Shown: in pieces, positions 1 to 10,909 of the stretch | Layout of the letters: the number at the start of each line of letters is the position of its first letter | Position numbering within the stretch: the first letter of the stretch is position 1 | DNA from: Syntrophaceae bacterium UBA7520 | GTDB taxonomy: Bacteria; Desulfobacterota; Syntrophia; Syntrophales; Smithellaceae | Assembly: GCA_002478265.1 (NCBI GenBank) | Contig: DLNC01000015.1 | Span: 19,885-83,884, forward strand | DNA: 64,000 nt | Direction of reading: 5' to 3' | Notes under the pieces: generated by a model | What the model was told of the DNA's origin: nothing | Databases searched by the model: none | The model's input: only the letters and a program-made list of their open reading frames with translations | Translations under genes and position numbers: made by a program

Positions 1-22
1 GAATCAGGCTATTGAGGTTGAT

Positions 23-1549
23 ATGCAGCTTGGGCATCTGCTGAACAGTGTGGAAATCATTGATGGCTCTTTGAATATGACGGCCGATGTTTCGGCCGTT
101 TGTTATGTCGCGGAAAATTGTTCTCCCGATTCTCTTTTCGTGGCCGTCAAAGGTTTGCAGCACGATGGCCATGATTTTATTGATCAGGCCATCGCCAGGG
201 GTGCGCGCTTCATTGTTGTTGAGAAAAAAATAAAATTGCCCGCGGGTGTCGTGGCCATCAGGGTGAAAAACAGCCGCGACGCGCTGGGGATGCTGGCAAA
301 AAATTTCTATCACGATCCCTCCGGCAATCTGTCGCTCGTTGCTATTACCGGCACCAGCGGCAAGACTACGGTGGCCTATCTTTTGGAATCTATATTCAAA
401 GCGGCCGGATTTAACTGTGGTGTTTTAGGCACCGTTAATTACCGCTACGCCGAGAAAATATTTCCGGCGCCCAACACCACGCCCGAATCATACGAAATGC
501 ACAAAATACTGCGCGAGATGGCCGACGCGGGAGTGACTCATGTGATAACCGAAGTATCTTCTCATGCCATCGAATTAAGAAGAGTGGACGCCTGCGATTT
601 TGACCTGGGGATATTCACCAATTTAACCCCGGAGCACCTAGATTATCATCTGACGATGGAAAATTATTTTCAGGCCAAAAAGCGCCTATTCGCAGAAATT
701 CTTCCGCGCAGCAAAAAAAATATTTTATATAAGATGGTGATTAACGGCGATGACGCCTGGGGCAAAAAAATTCTCAGCGATGTGTCGCTTGCCGCGCTTC
801 GTTTCGGCCTCGATAAAAAAAATGACGTCAGGGCGGATATCAAAGACTTGTCACTGCACGGAATCGACGCGGATATTTTTTTCAACGGAGAAAAGATTTG
901 TATCAAATCCGGCCTTATCGGCAAATTCAATGCCTATAATATATTGGCTGCTGCCGCCGCCGCGCGCGGTTTGCGGATTGCGTCGGAAAAAATCAAAGAG
1001 GGGATAGAAAATTTGAAACATGTGCCGGGACGACTGGAAAAAGTTGATTCGGCTTTGGGGTTTAACGTCTTTGTTGATTACGCGCACAAAGCGGACGCCC
1101 TTCAGCAGGTTTTGGAGAATCTGGCGCAATTCAGAAAAAAACGTATTATCACTGTTTTCGGATGCGGCGGCAATAGAGACCGCGGCAAAAGACCGCTTAT
1201 GGGCGGGACTGCCACTAGCCTGAGCGACCTGACCATTGTGACTTCGGATAATCCCCGTCGTGAAGATCCGCTGGCCATCATCGCGGAAATAGAAGCAGGC
1301 ATCGACAGAAACAAAACAAAAAAAATCGCCGCGGCAAATTCTCTCAACGGCAAGGGAGCCCATTATTATATGGTTGTGCCGGAGCGCCGGCTTGCGATTC
1401 AGACAGCCATCGATATCGCCCAAGAAGACGATATAATTCTTATCGCCGGTAAAGGCCATGAGGATTATCAGATTGTCGGCACAAAAAAGACGCCTTTTGA
1501 CGATCGCCTCGTTGCGGCGGAAGCGCTGAAACTAAGGAGCGGTAAATAG
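23..1549 (+). CDS. murE: UDP-N-acetylmuramoyl-L-alanyl-D-glutamate--2,6-diaminopimelate ligase
   Basis: Mur ligase P-loop TGTSGKTT; DNPR motif (TSDNPRREDP) typical of meso-DAP-adding MurE; first gene of the murE-murF-mraY order. Confidence 0.95.
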   Translation: MQLGHLLNSVEIIDGSLNMTADVSAVCYVAENCSPDSLFVAVKGLQHDGHDFIDQAIARGARFIVVEKKIKLPAGVVAIRVKNSRDALGMLAKNFYHDPSGNLSLVAITGTSGKTTVAYLLESIFKAAGFNCGVLGTVNYRYAEKIFPAPNTTPESYEMHKILREMADAGVTHVITEVSSHAIELRRVDACDFDLGIFTNLTPEHLDYHLTMENYFQAKKRLFAEILPRSKKNILYKMVINGDDAWGKKILSDVSLAALRFGLDKKNDVRADIKDLSLHGIDADIFFNGEKICIKSGLIGKFNAYNILAAAAAARGLRIASEKIKEGIENLKHVPGRLEKVDSALGFNVFVDYAHKADALQQVLENLAQFRKKRIITVFGCGGNRDRGKRPLMGGTATSLSDLTIVTSDNPRREDPLAIIAEIEAGIDRNKTKKIAAANSLNGKGAHYYMVVPERRLAIQTAIDIAQEDDIILIAGKGHEDYQIVGTKKTPFDDRLVAAEALKLRSGK

Positions 1550-2989
1550 ATGCAGCAATTATCACCGCGACTTACGCTTAAGGAAGTTATCACGGTTACC
1601 GGCGCCACGGCGCCTGACGGTAGGCCGGATACGGTATTTCACGGCATCTGCACTGATTCGCGCCTGCTCGCAAAAGGTAATTTATTTGTCGCTCTCAAGG
1701 GGGACAATTTTGACGGGCATGATTTCGCGCAGAAGGCCATAGAACTGGGCGCGGCGGGCATCATTATAAATGATGTCGTAAAGGCTCATTGGAAAGGAGC
1801 ACAAAGCGCCGCGGTAATAAAAGTCGCTGACACATTAACCGCGCTTGGTGATTTGGCCCATTACTGGAGAAGCAGATTTTTCGTGCCGGTGATTGGGCTT
1901 ACCGGTTCTTCCGGAAAAACCACGACCAAGGAAATGATGGCGGCAATTATCGGCCGCCAAAAAAATATCTTAAAGACGGAAGGCAATCTAAACAACCTGA
2001 TCGGCTTGCCGCAAACCATATTCCGGCTCAACGATGAACATGAAGCGGTGATTCTGGAAATGGGCACCAATACCCCCGGCGAGATTAAAAGGCTGACGCA
2101 GATTGCCGTGCCTGATTTCGGCGTGATTACGAATATCGGTCCCGCGCACCTGGCCGGTTTTGGTTCCATTGAAGGCGTGCGCAGGGAGAAAGGAGATCTG
2201 TTCGCGCACATGAATAAAAACGGCACGGCCGTGATAAATCTTGATGATGAAAACATCAGAGTCATTGCCGATGGCTGGAAGGGGAAACGCGTAACCTTCA
2301 GCATGGCTTCGGATGCCGATATCCGCCTCGCCGAAATGGAAAAGAGCGGCGCGAAAGGAATATGCCTGAAACTGATTATCTTGGGCAAAGAGCATAAAAC
2401 GGAAATGAAGATTGCCGGCGTGCACAATGTTTATAACGCGCTGGCGGCGGCTGCCGTGGCCTTGGCTTTAGGTATAGACGTGGAAAATATACTGGTCGGG
2501 CTGGCGTCCTTCGCGCCCGTTGCTGGACGCATGCAGGTGATGAAGCTCAAAAACGGAGCTTACCTTATTGATGATTCCTACAATGCCAACCCCGCGTCAA
2601 TGCGCGAAGCGCTGATGACGCTGAAAGACCTGAAAAACTCCCATGCCGGTTACGCTTTTCTGGGGGATATGCTGGAGTTGGGAGATGCCGCCGAAGAAAT
2701 GCACAGGAAGATAGGGATGCTGGCGGCGGTGACCGGCGTGAACATGCTTTTTTTACAGGGCGATTTCGCCAAAGTTACTGCCGCGGGCGCCTTGGAAGGC
2801 GGGATGACTGCCGATAAAATTGTCTTTTTATCCGCGCCGGAAGAAGGGGTGTTTTATCTGAAAAAGAACCTGAAAAAGGGCGACTGGATTTTGGTGAAAG
2901 GTTCTCGCCGCATGAAAATGGAGAGAATTTCCGCACGCGTTTGCGATGATTTCGGCTGCGACACGGCGGGCGATAAAAACACGAAATAA
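1550..2989 (+). CDS. murF: UDP-N-acetylmuramoyl-tripeptide--D-alanyl-D-alanine ligase
   Basis: Mur ligase motif GLTGSSGKTTTKE; DDSYNANP motif; starts directly after the murE stop. Confidence 0.93.
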   Translation: MQQLSPRLTLKEVITVTGATAPDGRPDTVFHGICTDSRLLAKGNLFVALKGDNFDGHDFAQKAIELGAAGIIINDVVKAHWKGAQSAAVIKVADTLTALGDLAHYWRSRFFVPVIGLTGSSGKTTTKEMMAAIIGRQKNILKTEGNLNNLIGLPQTIFRLNDEHEAVILEMGTNTPGEIKRLTQIAVPDFGVITNIGPAHLAGFGSIEGVRREKGDLFAHMNKNGTAVINLDDENIRVIADGWKGKRVTFSMASDADIRLAEMEKSGAKGICLKLIILGKEHKTEMKIAGVHNVYNALAAAAVALALGIDVENILVGLASFAPVAGRMQVMKLKNGAYLIDDSYNANPASMREALMTLKDLKNSHAGYAFLGDMLELGDAAEEMHRKIGMLAAVTGVNMLFLQGDFAKVTAAGALEGGMTADKIVFLSAPEEGVFYLKKNLKKGDWILVKGSRRMKMERISARVCDDFGCDTAGDKNTK

Positions 2990-3011
2990 CAAAGCAGGGA
3001 GACGATAAACA

Positions 3012-4091
3012 GTGATTTACGAATTTTTATATCCTTTACACACAATCTTTTCTTTTTTTAATGTCTTCCGTTACATTACTTTTCGGACGATCTTTGCCTC
3101 TATCACCGCTCTTTTGATTTGTCTTTTTGTTGGGCCCTGGCTGATTCGTAAATTGCAGAGTCTGCAGATCGGCCAGCACATCAGAGACGATGGTCCGAAA
3201 AGCCACCATCTCAAGAAAGGCACGCCCACGATGGGCGGGATATTGATTATCATTGCCGTGGTAATCTCGACTATTCTCTGGGCAAATCTTTCGGTAAATT
3301 ATATCTGGCTGATACTGCTGGTGACAGTTGGCTACGGATTGATCGGATTTGCCGATGATTACCGTAAGCTTACCGGCAAAAGCTCCAAGGGCATATCCGG
3401 CAGGAAGAGACTGGTCGCGGAAATAATCATCGCCCTGTTTGTCAGCATCATCATTTATTTCAAGCCGGGCTTTAACACGCAGATAGCGGTTCCATTTTTT
3501 AAAACAGTCCTGCCTGATCTGGGCTGGGGATATATTCTTCTGGCTACATTTATCATTGTCGGCGCGGCCAATGCCGTAAATCTCACTGACGGGCTTGACG
3601 GCCTGGCCATCGGCCCGGCCACCATTTGCTTTGCCACTTTTGTGTTGTTTGCCTACTTTGCCGGCAATATCAAAGTCGCCTCATACCTGCAGATTCCCTA
3701 TGTCGCCGGATCCGGAGAACTGGCGATTTTCTGCGGCGCGATGGTCGGCGCCGCGCTTGGTTTTTTGTGGTTCAATGCGTATCCGGCGGAAGTTTTCATG
3801 GGCGATGTCGGCTCTCTATCGCTGGGCGGCGCGCTGGGCACGATGGCGATTATTACCAAACAGGAGATACTCTTGGCGATTGTCGGCGGTATTTTCGTCG
3901 TGGAAACTTTTTCTGTTATTTTCCAGGTCGGTTATTTTAAAGTGACCAAAGGAAAGAGAATATTCCGCATGGCGCCGCTGCATCACCATTATGAATTGAA
4001 GGGCTGGCCGGAGCCTAAGGTAATTGTGCGTTTTTGGATAATTTCCATCCTGCTGGCTTTGCTGGCGATCAGTACTTTGAAATTGCGGTAG
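3012..4091 (+). CDS. mraY: phospho-N-acetylmuramoyl-pentapeptide transferase
   Basis: Polytopic membrane protein with MraY motifs (GPKSHxxKxGTPTMGG, [27 protein letters not shown]); GTG start. Confidence 0.95.
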   Translation: MIYEFLYPLHTIFSFFNVFRYITFRTIFASITALLICLFVGPWLIRKLQSLQIGQHIRDDGPKSHHLKKGTPTMGGILIIIAVVISTILWANLSVNYIWLILLVTVGYGLIGFADDYRKLTGKSSKGISGRKRLVAEIIIALFVSIIIYFKPGFNTQIAVPFFKTVLPDLGWGYILLATFIIVGAANAVNLTDGLDGLAIGPATICFATFVLFAYFAGNIKVASYLQIPYVAGSGELAIFCGAMVGAALGFLWFNAYPAEVFMGDVGSLSLGGALGTMAIITKQEILLAIVGGIFVVETFSVIFQVGYFKVTKGKRIFRMAPLHHHYELKGWPEPKVIVRFWIISILLALLAISTLKLR

Positions 4092-4098
4092 GGCGTAA

Positions 4099-5442
4099 AT
4101 GGATTTGAAGAATAAAAAAATATTGGTCTTGGGGGTGGGGAAAACGGGTATTGCCACGGCAAAGTTTCTGGCGGGGCAGGGCGCCAAAATAACGCTGACG
4201 GATGAAAAGCCGTTAAATAACTGGGGCACCGATTTTGAACAAATTGCCCGGGAATCTTGGCTGAAAGCGGCGGCGTTTGATCCCGCTGCCCTGGATGACG
4301 TGACCATGGTTATTCCGTCGCCGGGATTTCCGCCGCACAACGCGCTGCTGCTCGAGGCGTTAAAAAGGAAAATACCAGTGATGAGCGAGATAGAGTTAGC
4401 CTATCGTTTTATTAAAACGCCGCTGATTGCCATAACCGGAACCAACGGAAAAACAACGACCACGACGCTGGTGGGGGAAATTTTGAAAAAATCCGGCAAA
4501 AACGCCTTTGTCGGCGGCAATATAGGCAACCCGCTGATTGAGTACGCGGCAGGCGCGGCCGAGGCCGAAATTGCCGTGGCGGAAATCAGCAGTTTTCAAT
4601 TGCAGTGGGTGGAAGAATTCCATCCCTTCGTGGCGACACTTTTGAATGTAACATCAGACCACATCAACTATCACGGTTCTTTTGAAGCGTATCTTAAGGT
4701 GAAAAGCAGAATATTTGCCAGGCAGACCAAAGATGATTTTGCCGTGCTCAACGCTGACGACCCGGCGCTGCAAGGTTTAATTCCGGATATCCGCGCCAGA
4801 ATAGCGCTGTTCAGCTCGGCCCGGGAATTGCCGGAAGGCATGTTTTTGCGGAATAAGGAGATAATTTTCCAGATGCGCGGCTTCGCGCGTGAAATCTATC
4901 CGCTTTCCATAATTAAACTGCCGGGCCTGCATAATGTGGAGAATGTAATGGCCGCGATCATGGCCGCGCGCTTCTGCGGCATTGAGCAGGAAAGCATAAA
5001 GTCATGCATTGCCGCATTTCGCGGCCTGCCGCACCGGCTGGAATTTGCCGGCGAGAAAAACGCGGTCAAGTTCTATGACGATTCCAAAGGAACTAATGTC
5101 GGCTCGGTCATCCGCGCGCTGGAAACTTTTCCGGCGGCGGTGATTCTGCTTCTCGGCGGCCGTGACAAAAACGGAGATTTTGACGCGCTGAAAACCATTC
5201 TTCCGCGAAAAGTGAAAAAAGTAATTTTATTTGGCGAGGCCAGGGAACGCATCGATTCTCTGATTGGCAGCAGTGTGGAAAAGATAAAGAAGTCAAATCT
5301 GGGCGATGCCATACAGGAAGCATATAAAAATGCCGCGCCCGGCGATATTGTCCTGCTTTCGCCAGGCTGCGCGAGTTTTGATGAATTTCGCGACTACAAG
5401 GAACGCGGCGAATTCTTTAAAAAGGCGGTGAGGAATCTATAA
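4099..5442 (+). CDS. murD: UDP-N-acetylmuramoylalanine--D-glutamate ligase
   Basis: N-terminal Rossmann GVGKTG, Mur ligase ITGTNGKTTTT, dcw position. Confidence 0.93.
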   Translation: MDLKNKKILVLGVGKTGIATAKFLAGQGAKITLTDEKPLNNWGTDFEQIARESWLKAAAFDPAALDDVTMVIPSPGFPPHNALLLEALKRKIPVMSEIELAYRFIKTPLIAITGTNGKTTTTTLVGEILKKSGKNAFVGGNIGNPLIEYAAGAAEAEIAVAEISSFQLQWVEEFHPFVATLLNVTSDHINYHGSFEAYLKVKSRIFARQTKDDFAVLNADDPALQGLIPDIRARIALFSSARELPEGMFLRNKEIIFQMRGFAREIYPLSIIKLPGLHNVENVMAAIMAARFCGIEQESIKSCIAAFRGLPHRLEFAGEKNAVKFYDDSKGTNVGSVIRALETFPAAVILLLGGRDKNGDFDALKTILPRKVKKVILFGEARERIDSLIGSSVEKIKKSNLGDAIQEAYKNAAPGDIVLLSPGCASFDEFRDYKERGEFFKKAVRNL

Positions 5443-6554
5443 TGGATGCAACAATCAGGCCGGAAGAAAGAACGCCGGATATAGTTTTGCTTCTCGTAAC
5501 GATGATTCTCATCACCATCGGCACGGCGATGATTTATTCCTCAAGTTCCATCGTTGCCCTGGAAAAATTCGGCGACAGCCGTTATTTCCTGAAGAAGCAG
5601 CTGGTTTTTGTTTTTCTGGGCATTATGATGATGGTTTTGCTCACCAAGATTCCTTACGAGCATCTGAGAAAACTGGCCTATCCCGGCCTGCTTCTGGCGA
5701 TTGTCCTATTGGTTCTGGTGCTCATGCCCGGTCTGGGGCTGAAACGCGGTGGCGCCACCCGCTGGCTGAACGTCGGCGGTGTTTCCTTTCAGGTGACGGA
5801 AATGGTCAAAATCGCGATGGTCCTTTTTTTGGCGCATTTTTTCGCGCGCCGCGCTCACCAGGTGAAGGATTTCCGCCGCGGCGTTTTATTTCCACTGGCG
5901 GTCACGCTGCTGCTGGTTTCTTTGATTATGCTGGAGCCGGATTTCGGCGCTGCTGTCATCATTTTTGGCATCTTTTTGTTTATGATGTGCGTTGCCGGCG
6001 CCCGGATAAGGCACATGATGATACTGGTGTTCATGTTTATTCCCGCGGGCGTGATGCTGATTTTATTTAAAGGATACAGATTGGCGCGCTTGACGGCGTT
6101 TCTGGATCCCTGGAAAGACCCGAGCAATACCGGCTTTCAGATTATCCAGTCGTATCTGTCTTTTGGTTCCGGAGGAACCTTCGGTGTGGGCATCGGCGAC
6201 GGCATGCAAAAGCTGTTTTACCTGCCGGAGCCGCACACGGATTTTATTCTTTCAATTATCGCCGAAGAAAGCGGATTTATTGGGGTGACCATTGTGATTC
6301 TTATGTTCACGCTTTTTGCCGTCCGCGGTTTTATGATTGCCCTGAAAGCGCCGGATCTTTTCGGTGCGCTTTTGGCGGCGGGCCTGACTTTGGTGGTTGC
6401 CATTCAGTCCTTTATAAATATTGCCGGCGTCATGGGGCTGATCCCGCTTAAGGGATTGGTGCTGCCGTTTCTCAGTTACGGAGGAACGGCGTTTATGATG
6501 AGTATGATATCTGTGGGGATATTGCTTAATATTTCCTCGCAGGCGTCGAGGTAG
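5442..6554 (+). CDS. ftsW: SEDS family lipid II flippase / peptidoglycan glycosyltransferase FtsW
   Basis: 10-TM SEDS-like protein (PEPHTDFI, LPFLSYGGT motifs) between murD and murG. Confidence 0.9.
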   Translation: MDATIRPEERTPDIVLLLVTMILITIGTAMIYSSSSIVALEKFGDSRYFLKKQLVFVFLGIMMMVLLTKIPYEHLRKLAYPGLLLAIVLLVLVLMPGLGLKRGGATRWLNVGGVSFQVTEMVKIAMVLFLAHFFARRAHQVKDFRRGVLFPLAVTLLLVSLIMLEPDFGAAVIIFGIFLFMMCVAGARIRHMMILVFMFIPAGVMLILFKGYRLARLTAFLDPWKDPSNTGFQIIQSYLSFGSGGTFGVGIGDGMQKLFYLPEPHTDFILSIIAEESGFIGVTIVILMFTLFAVRGFMIALKAPDLFGALLAAGLTLVVAIQSFINIAGVMGLIPLKGLVLPFLSYGGTAFMMSMISVGILLNISSQASR

Positions 6555-6591
6555 AAATGAAGATAAATATTTGCAAAAAGCGGAGTAACGT

Positions 6592-7668
6592 ATGCGCGTG
6601 ATTATCGCCGGGGGTGGAACAGGAGGGCATTTATTCCCGGGCATTGCCTTGGCGGAAGAATTCCTGAAAAGAAGCGGCGAAGCGAAGATTCTTTTTATCG
6701 GAACCCAAAGGGGCATGGAAGCAAAATTACTGCCGCAACTGGGGTTTGAACTGAAAACAATCGACGTGGAGGGAATTAAGGGCCGGGGGTTGGGCGCGCT
6801 TGTCAAAAGTGTTTATCAGATTCCCGTGAGCATGTGGCAATCGCGCGGGATTATCAAGGAGTTCAAGCCAAACATCGTCATCGGCGTGGGCGGTTACGCT
6901 TCCGGACCGGCGGTTATTGCCGCTTATCTGATGAAGATACCCACGGCCATTGCCGAACAGAACGCTTTGCCCGGATTGACCAACAGAATTTTGGGAAAAT
7001 TCGTGAAAAAAATATTTGTCACTTATCAGCAGACCGCGCGATATTTTCCCCCTGCCAAAGTCATGGTCAGCGGCAATCCGGTGCGCGCCGCTTTTGCCGC
7101 GATCAATAATACGGAAAGAGACAAGAAGGACTGCCGGCAGTTGCTTGTTTTTGGCGGCTCGCAGGGCGCGGAAGCCATCAACCGGGCCATCATCAGGATC
7201 CTGCCGCGGCTGCAAAAAATGAAAAGAAAAATTTGCATTATCCATCAGACCGGAACGAAGCAGGCGGATAAAATCAAGAAAGTATACGAAAAATACGCCA
7301 TGAAGGCGCATGTTCTGCCATTTATTGTGGATATGGTCAAAGCTTACAAAAGCGCCGATTTGATTATCTGCCGTGCGGGCGCGACATCGCTGGCGGAAAT
7401 CACGGCGGCAGGCCGGGCGGCAATTTTGATTCCCTATCCTTACGCGGCCAATGACCATCAGGCAAAAAACGCGCGCGCCATGGCCGAAGCCGGCGCGGCG
7501 GTAGTTCTTTACGAGCACGAACTGTCTGATGGAAAACTTTATGATATCATTGAAGAATTATTGATAGATGAAAAAAAAATCAGGCAGATGGAGGCCAAAG
7601 CGGCCAGCCTGGGTAATATCAAAGCGGCGGCCAATATTGTCGATACCTGCATAAAACTGATGGCCTGA
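6592..7668 (+). CDS. murG: UDP-N-acetylglucosamine--N-acetylmuramyl-(pentapeptide) pyrophosphoryl-undecaprenol GlcNAc transferase
   Basis: GGGTGGHLFPG N-terminal motif, GT28 C-terminal half (FGGSQGA, RAGATSLAE), dcw position. Confidence 0.93.
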   Translation: MRVIIAGGGTGGHLFPGIALAEEFLKRSGEAKILFIGTQRGMEAKLLPQLGFELKTIDVEGIKGRGLGALVKSVYQIPVSMWQSRGIIKEFKPNIVIGVGGYASGPAVIAAYLMKIPTAIAEQNALPGLTNRILGKFVKKIFVTYQQTARYFPPAKVMVSGNPVRAAFAAINNTERDKKDCRQLLVFGGSQGAEAINRAIIRILPRLQKMKRKICIIHQTGTKQADKIKKVYEKYAMKAHVLPFIVDMVKAYKSADLIICRAGATSLAEITAAGRAAILIPYPYAANDHQAKNARAMAEAGAAVVLYEHELSDGKLYDIIEELLIDEKKIRQMEAKAASLGNIKAAANIVDTCIKLMA

Positions 7669-7690
7669 GATAAAGGAAAGAAAAGAAAAA

Positions 7691-9103
7691 ATGGCAGAAG
7701 AAAAACAAAGCGGATTAATGAAGAAAAAAGTCAAGCGGATTCATTTTGTCGGCATCGGCGGCATCGGCATGAGCGGCATTGCCGAGGTTCTTCTGAATCT
7801 GGGCTATGAAATCAGCGGTTCCGACGCGCAGAGTTCGGATACCACCGAACGTTTGAAAAATTTGGGCGCCACCGTGGCCATTGGCCATAATAAAAAAAAT
7901 GTGCGCAACGCCGACGTGGTGGTAATTTCCACAGCAGTGAAAGAAAATAATCCCGAAGTTGTGGAAGCGCATCATAAAAATATTCCTGTGATCCCGCGCG
8001 CGGAAATGCTGGCGGAGCTCCTGAAGATGAAATTTTCCGTCGCCGTATCCGGCAGTCACGGCAAAACAACCACCACGTCCATGATATCCACCGCTTTGGC
8101 CAAAGGCGGCCTGGATCCGACGATGGTTATCGGCGGTAAACTGGCCAGCATCGGCAGCAACGCCCGGCTGGGCGGTGGCGATATTATCGTCGCGGAAGCG
8201 GACGAAAGCGACGGTTCTTTCCTCAAGCTTTCTCCGACCATCGCCATCATCACCAATATCGATCGGGAGCATCTCGATTATTACGCCGGCATCGAAGAAA
8301 TAAAGGACGCTTTTCTCAAATTCGCCAACATCGTCCCTTTTTACGGCAGCACGGTTTTATGCGCGGATAGTGAGCACGTTCGGGAAATTCTGCCGCTGAT
8401 CAAGCGCAAATTTGTCACCTACGGCATAAAATATCCCGCGGACTACATGGCCCGCGATATCAAATTTAGCGCGCATAAAACAACTTATAATCTGTTTTAT
8501 AAAACGGAAAAAGTCGCGGCGATGGAGTTAAAAGTGCCCGGAATGTTTAACGTGTACAATTCTCTGGCCGCGGTGGCGGTATGCCGCGAGCTTGATCTTG
8601 TTTGGATTACCATCAAAGAAGGTCTGAAGGAGTTTACCGGCGTGCAGAGAAGACTCGAGGTAAAAGGCGTTGCCGGGGATATTACGGTAGTCGATGACTA
8701 TGGGCATCATCCCACGGAAATTAAAGAGACGCTGGCCGCCGCGCGTCAGGTCTGGAAGAAAAAACTCATTGTTGTTTTTCAGCCGCACCGGTTCACCAGA
8801 ACCAAGGCGCTTTTCGACGAATTTACCAAGGCGTTCGATGATGCGGATATCCTCATTCTTAACGATATTTATCCGGCCAGTGAAGAGCCGATTGCCGGAA
8901 TTAATTCCGCCGCGCTCTGGGCGGCAATCAAACAGACAGGCCATCCGCGGGTGGAATATATCGCGGACGCGAACGAAACGATAAAGTTTTTACTGGAGAC
9001 GGCAAAACCAAATGACACGGTAATTACTCTGGGCGCCGGAAATGTTTACAGAACCGGGGAAGCTTTTTTGAAAAAGCTGGAGGCCAGGGATAAAAGAAAA
9101 TAA
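7691..9103 (+). CDS. murC: UDP-N-acetylmuramate--L-alanine ligase
   Basis: HFVGIGGIGMSGIAE N-terminus and Mur ligase GSHGKTTTT motif. Confidence 0.93.
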   Translation: MAEEKQSGLMKKKVKRIHFVGIGGIGMSGIAEVLLNLGYEISGSDAQSSDTTERLKNLGATVAIGHNKKNVRNADVVVISTAVKENNPEVVEAHHKNIPVIPRAEMLAELLKMKFSVAVSGSHGKTTTTSMISTALAKGGLDPTMVIGGKLASIGSNARLGGGDIIVAEADESDGSFLKLSPTIAIITNIDREHLDYYAGIEEIKDAFLKFANIVPFYGSTVLCADSEHVREILPLIKRKFVTYGIKYPADYMARDIKFSAHKTTYNLFYKTEKVAAMELKVPGMFNVYNSLAAVAVCRELDLVWITIKEGLKEFTGVQRRLEVKGVAGDITVVDDYGHHPTEIKETLAAARQVWKKKLIVVFQPHRFTRTKALFDEFTKAFDDADILILNDIYPASEEPIAGINSAALWAAIKQTGHPRVEYIADANETIKFLLETAKPNDTVITLGAGNVYRTGEAFLKKLEARDKRK

Positions 9104-10029
9104 TGGCGGCGCAAAATGACATAAGGGAGGCACTGGGGATGATCTCTCCGCATAAAATATTTTATGACGAGCCCATGTCCCGCCACACTTCGCTTTGCGT
9201 GGGAGGAAAAGCCGCCGCGCTTGTTGTCATAGAGGATGAAAGGCAATTGGCTGAAGCGATACGAAGCCTGAAAAAAAATAAGATTGCTTTTTTTCCTGCC
9301 GGGAACCTGACCAATGTCATTGTGCGCGACGGCGGCTACCGGGGGGCGATTTTACTGATGAAAGGGATGAAAAAAATAAGCATCCGCCATGTGGAAAAAG
9401 ATCATTTTTGCATTGATGCCGAGGCGGGAGCTTCGCTTTCCGCGGTGGTCAGCATGGCGGCGGCGCAGGAGCTTACCGGTATGGAGTTTTGCACCGGCAT
9501 ACCCGGCAGTGTTGGCGGCGCCGTGCGCATGAACGCGGGTGCATACGGCAGGGAAATCAAGGATGTTGTTTCTCGTGTTTTACTGCTGGACGCTGACGGT
9601 AAAAGAAAACAACTTCGTCGCGATGAAATAACTTTTTCCTACAGAAAAACAGATTTGCCCGCTGAGGCGATTGTTCTTTCCGCTGCCTTTGATTTGAAGA
9701 AGGGCAAGGCGGATGAAATACGCGGCCGGATGAAGGAAATAATGCAGTGGCGGCAGGAAAAGCATCCGCTGGAATATCCCAACGCCGGTTCGATTTTTAA
9801 AAATATTCCCGGCCAGCCAGCGGGAAGGATTATAGAAGAGTTGGGGTTGAAGGGGAAAAAAGCGGGTGAGGCGCAGATTTCTCCCAAACACGCGAACTTC
9901 ATCGTCAACACAGGCAAAGCAACGGCGGCGAATGTTATAGAATTGATAGCTTTTGTTCAAAGGGAAGCAAAAGAGAAAAAAGGTATTAAGCTGGAGCCCG
10001 AAGTGGTTATTATCGGGGAGGAACAATGA
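9103..10029 (+). CDS. murB: UDP-N-acetylenolpyruvoylglucosamine reductase
   Basis: FAD-binding PCMH domain (GNLTNVIVRDGG), C-terminal MurB motifs (NAGSIFKN, SPKHANFIVN); ATG overlaps the murC stop. Confidence 0.9.
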   Translation: MAAQNDIREALGMISPHKIFYDEPMSRHTSLCVGGKAAALVVIEDERQLAEAIRSLKKNKIAFFPAGNLTNVIVRDGGYRGAILLMKGMKKISIRHVEKDHFCIDAEAGASLSAVVSMAAAQELTGMEFCTGIPGSVGGAVRMNAGAYGREIKDVVSRVLLLDADGKRKQLRRDEITFSYRKTDLPAEAIVLSAAFDLKKGKADEIRGRMKEIMQWRQEKHPLEYPNAGSIFKNIPGQPAGRIIEELGLKGKKAGEAQISPKHANFIVNTGKATAANVIELIAFVQREAKEKKGIKLEPEVVIIGEEQ

Positions 10030-10871
10030 CGGCAAGACTGAAGAAAAGTTACGAAGCAAAAAGATACCGTTTGGTCCGCCGTTTTGGCGAAGTGTGCGTC
10101 GATCTGTTCCGGGCGCTCGGGCTTATTTTATTGGCGGCTGTTCTTTGCTGCGCTTTCATTTACGTCTACTGTTTGCTTCTGAGCGCTACTTATTTCTCCA
10201 TAAAAGAAACTGATGTGCGCGGCCTGAAGGAACTGACCCAAAAAGATATCCTTACGCTGGCGGAAGTAAAACCCGCGCAGAATCTTTTGGCCATAAATAA
10301 AAAAGCGATAGCAAAGAGAGTGGCAGAAAATCCCTGGGTAAAAAATATTTATGTCGGCAGGGAACTGCCCGACCGTCTGGTGTTGGAGCTAAGAGAGAGG
10401 CAGCCCTTGACGCTGCTGCAGATTAAAAACGATTTTTACCTGGTGGATACCGAAGGAGACGTTTTTAAAAAAGTAAATGAAGGGGACGAGACTGATTTGC
10501 CCGTGATTACCGGCCTTGATGCTGTGGGAAAAACAAAGGAGCCGTATTTCTCAAGCGCTTTAAAGCTGGTCGCTACTTTGCAAAACACGCGTAAATACGG
10601 CTACTTAGGTTCTGTGTCCGAAGTGAATATCAATGAGATCTTCGGCCTGTCTGTCCTGACGGAAAGAGGATTTTATCTGCGGCTCGGCACGGACGGACTG
10701 GAGAGCAAACTGGGCAAGGTGAAGGCGGTGATGGCTGATCTGGAAAAAAAGGGAATGCTGAAAGGCCTGATATGCTTCGATCTAACCGATAATTCCAAAA
10801 TCACCGTGCAGCGTAAAGGCGCGTTTGTCAGAAATCAGACGGAAACAAAGGGCAATGGTTATCGCATATAA
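10026..10871 (+). CDS. ftsQ: cell division protein FtsQ (POTRA domain)
   Basis: Single N-terminal TM helix followed by a POTRA-like segment (IKETDVRGLKELTQKDIL); lies between murB and ftsA; ATGA overlap with murB. Confidence 0.8.
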   Translation: MTARLKKSYEAKRYRLVRRFGEVCVDLFRALGLILLAAVLCCAFIYVYCLLLSATYFSIKETDVRGLKELTQKDILTLAEVKPAQNLLAINKKAIAKRVAENPWVKNIYVGRELPDRLVLELRERQPLTLLQIKNDFYLVDTEGDVFKKVNEGDETDLPVITGLDAVGKTKEPYFSSALKLVATLQNTRKYGYLGSVSEVNINEIFGLSVLTERGFYLRLGTDGLESKLGKVKAVMADLEKKGMLKGLICFDLTDNSKITVQRKGAFVRNQTETKGNGYRI

Positions 10872-10909
10872 AAGTCGGGAAAAGTAAATACAAGGCGAGG
10901 TGAAAAGTG

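Noticed and set aside
1-22. Possible 3' end of an upstream dcw gene (stop at 13-15 in frame 1)
   Set aside because: Only four codons are visible, so no call can be supported.
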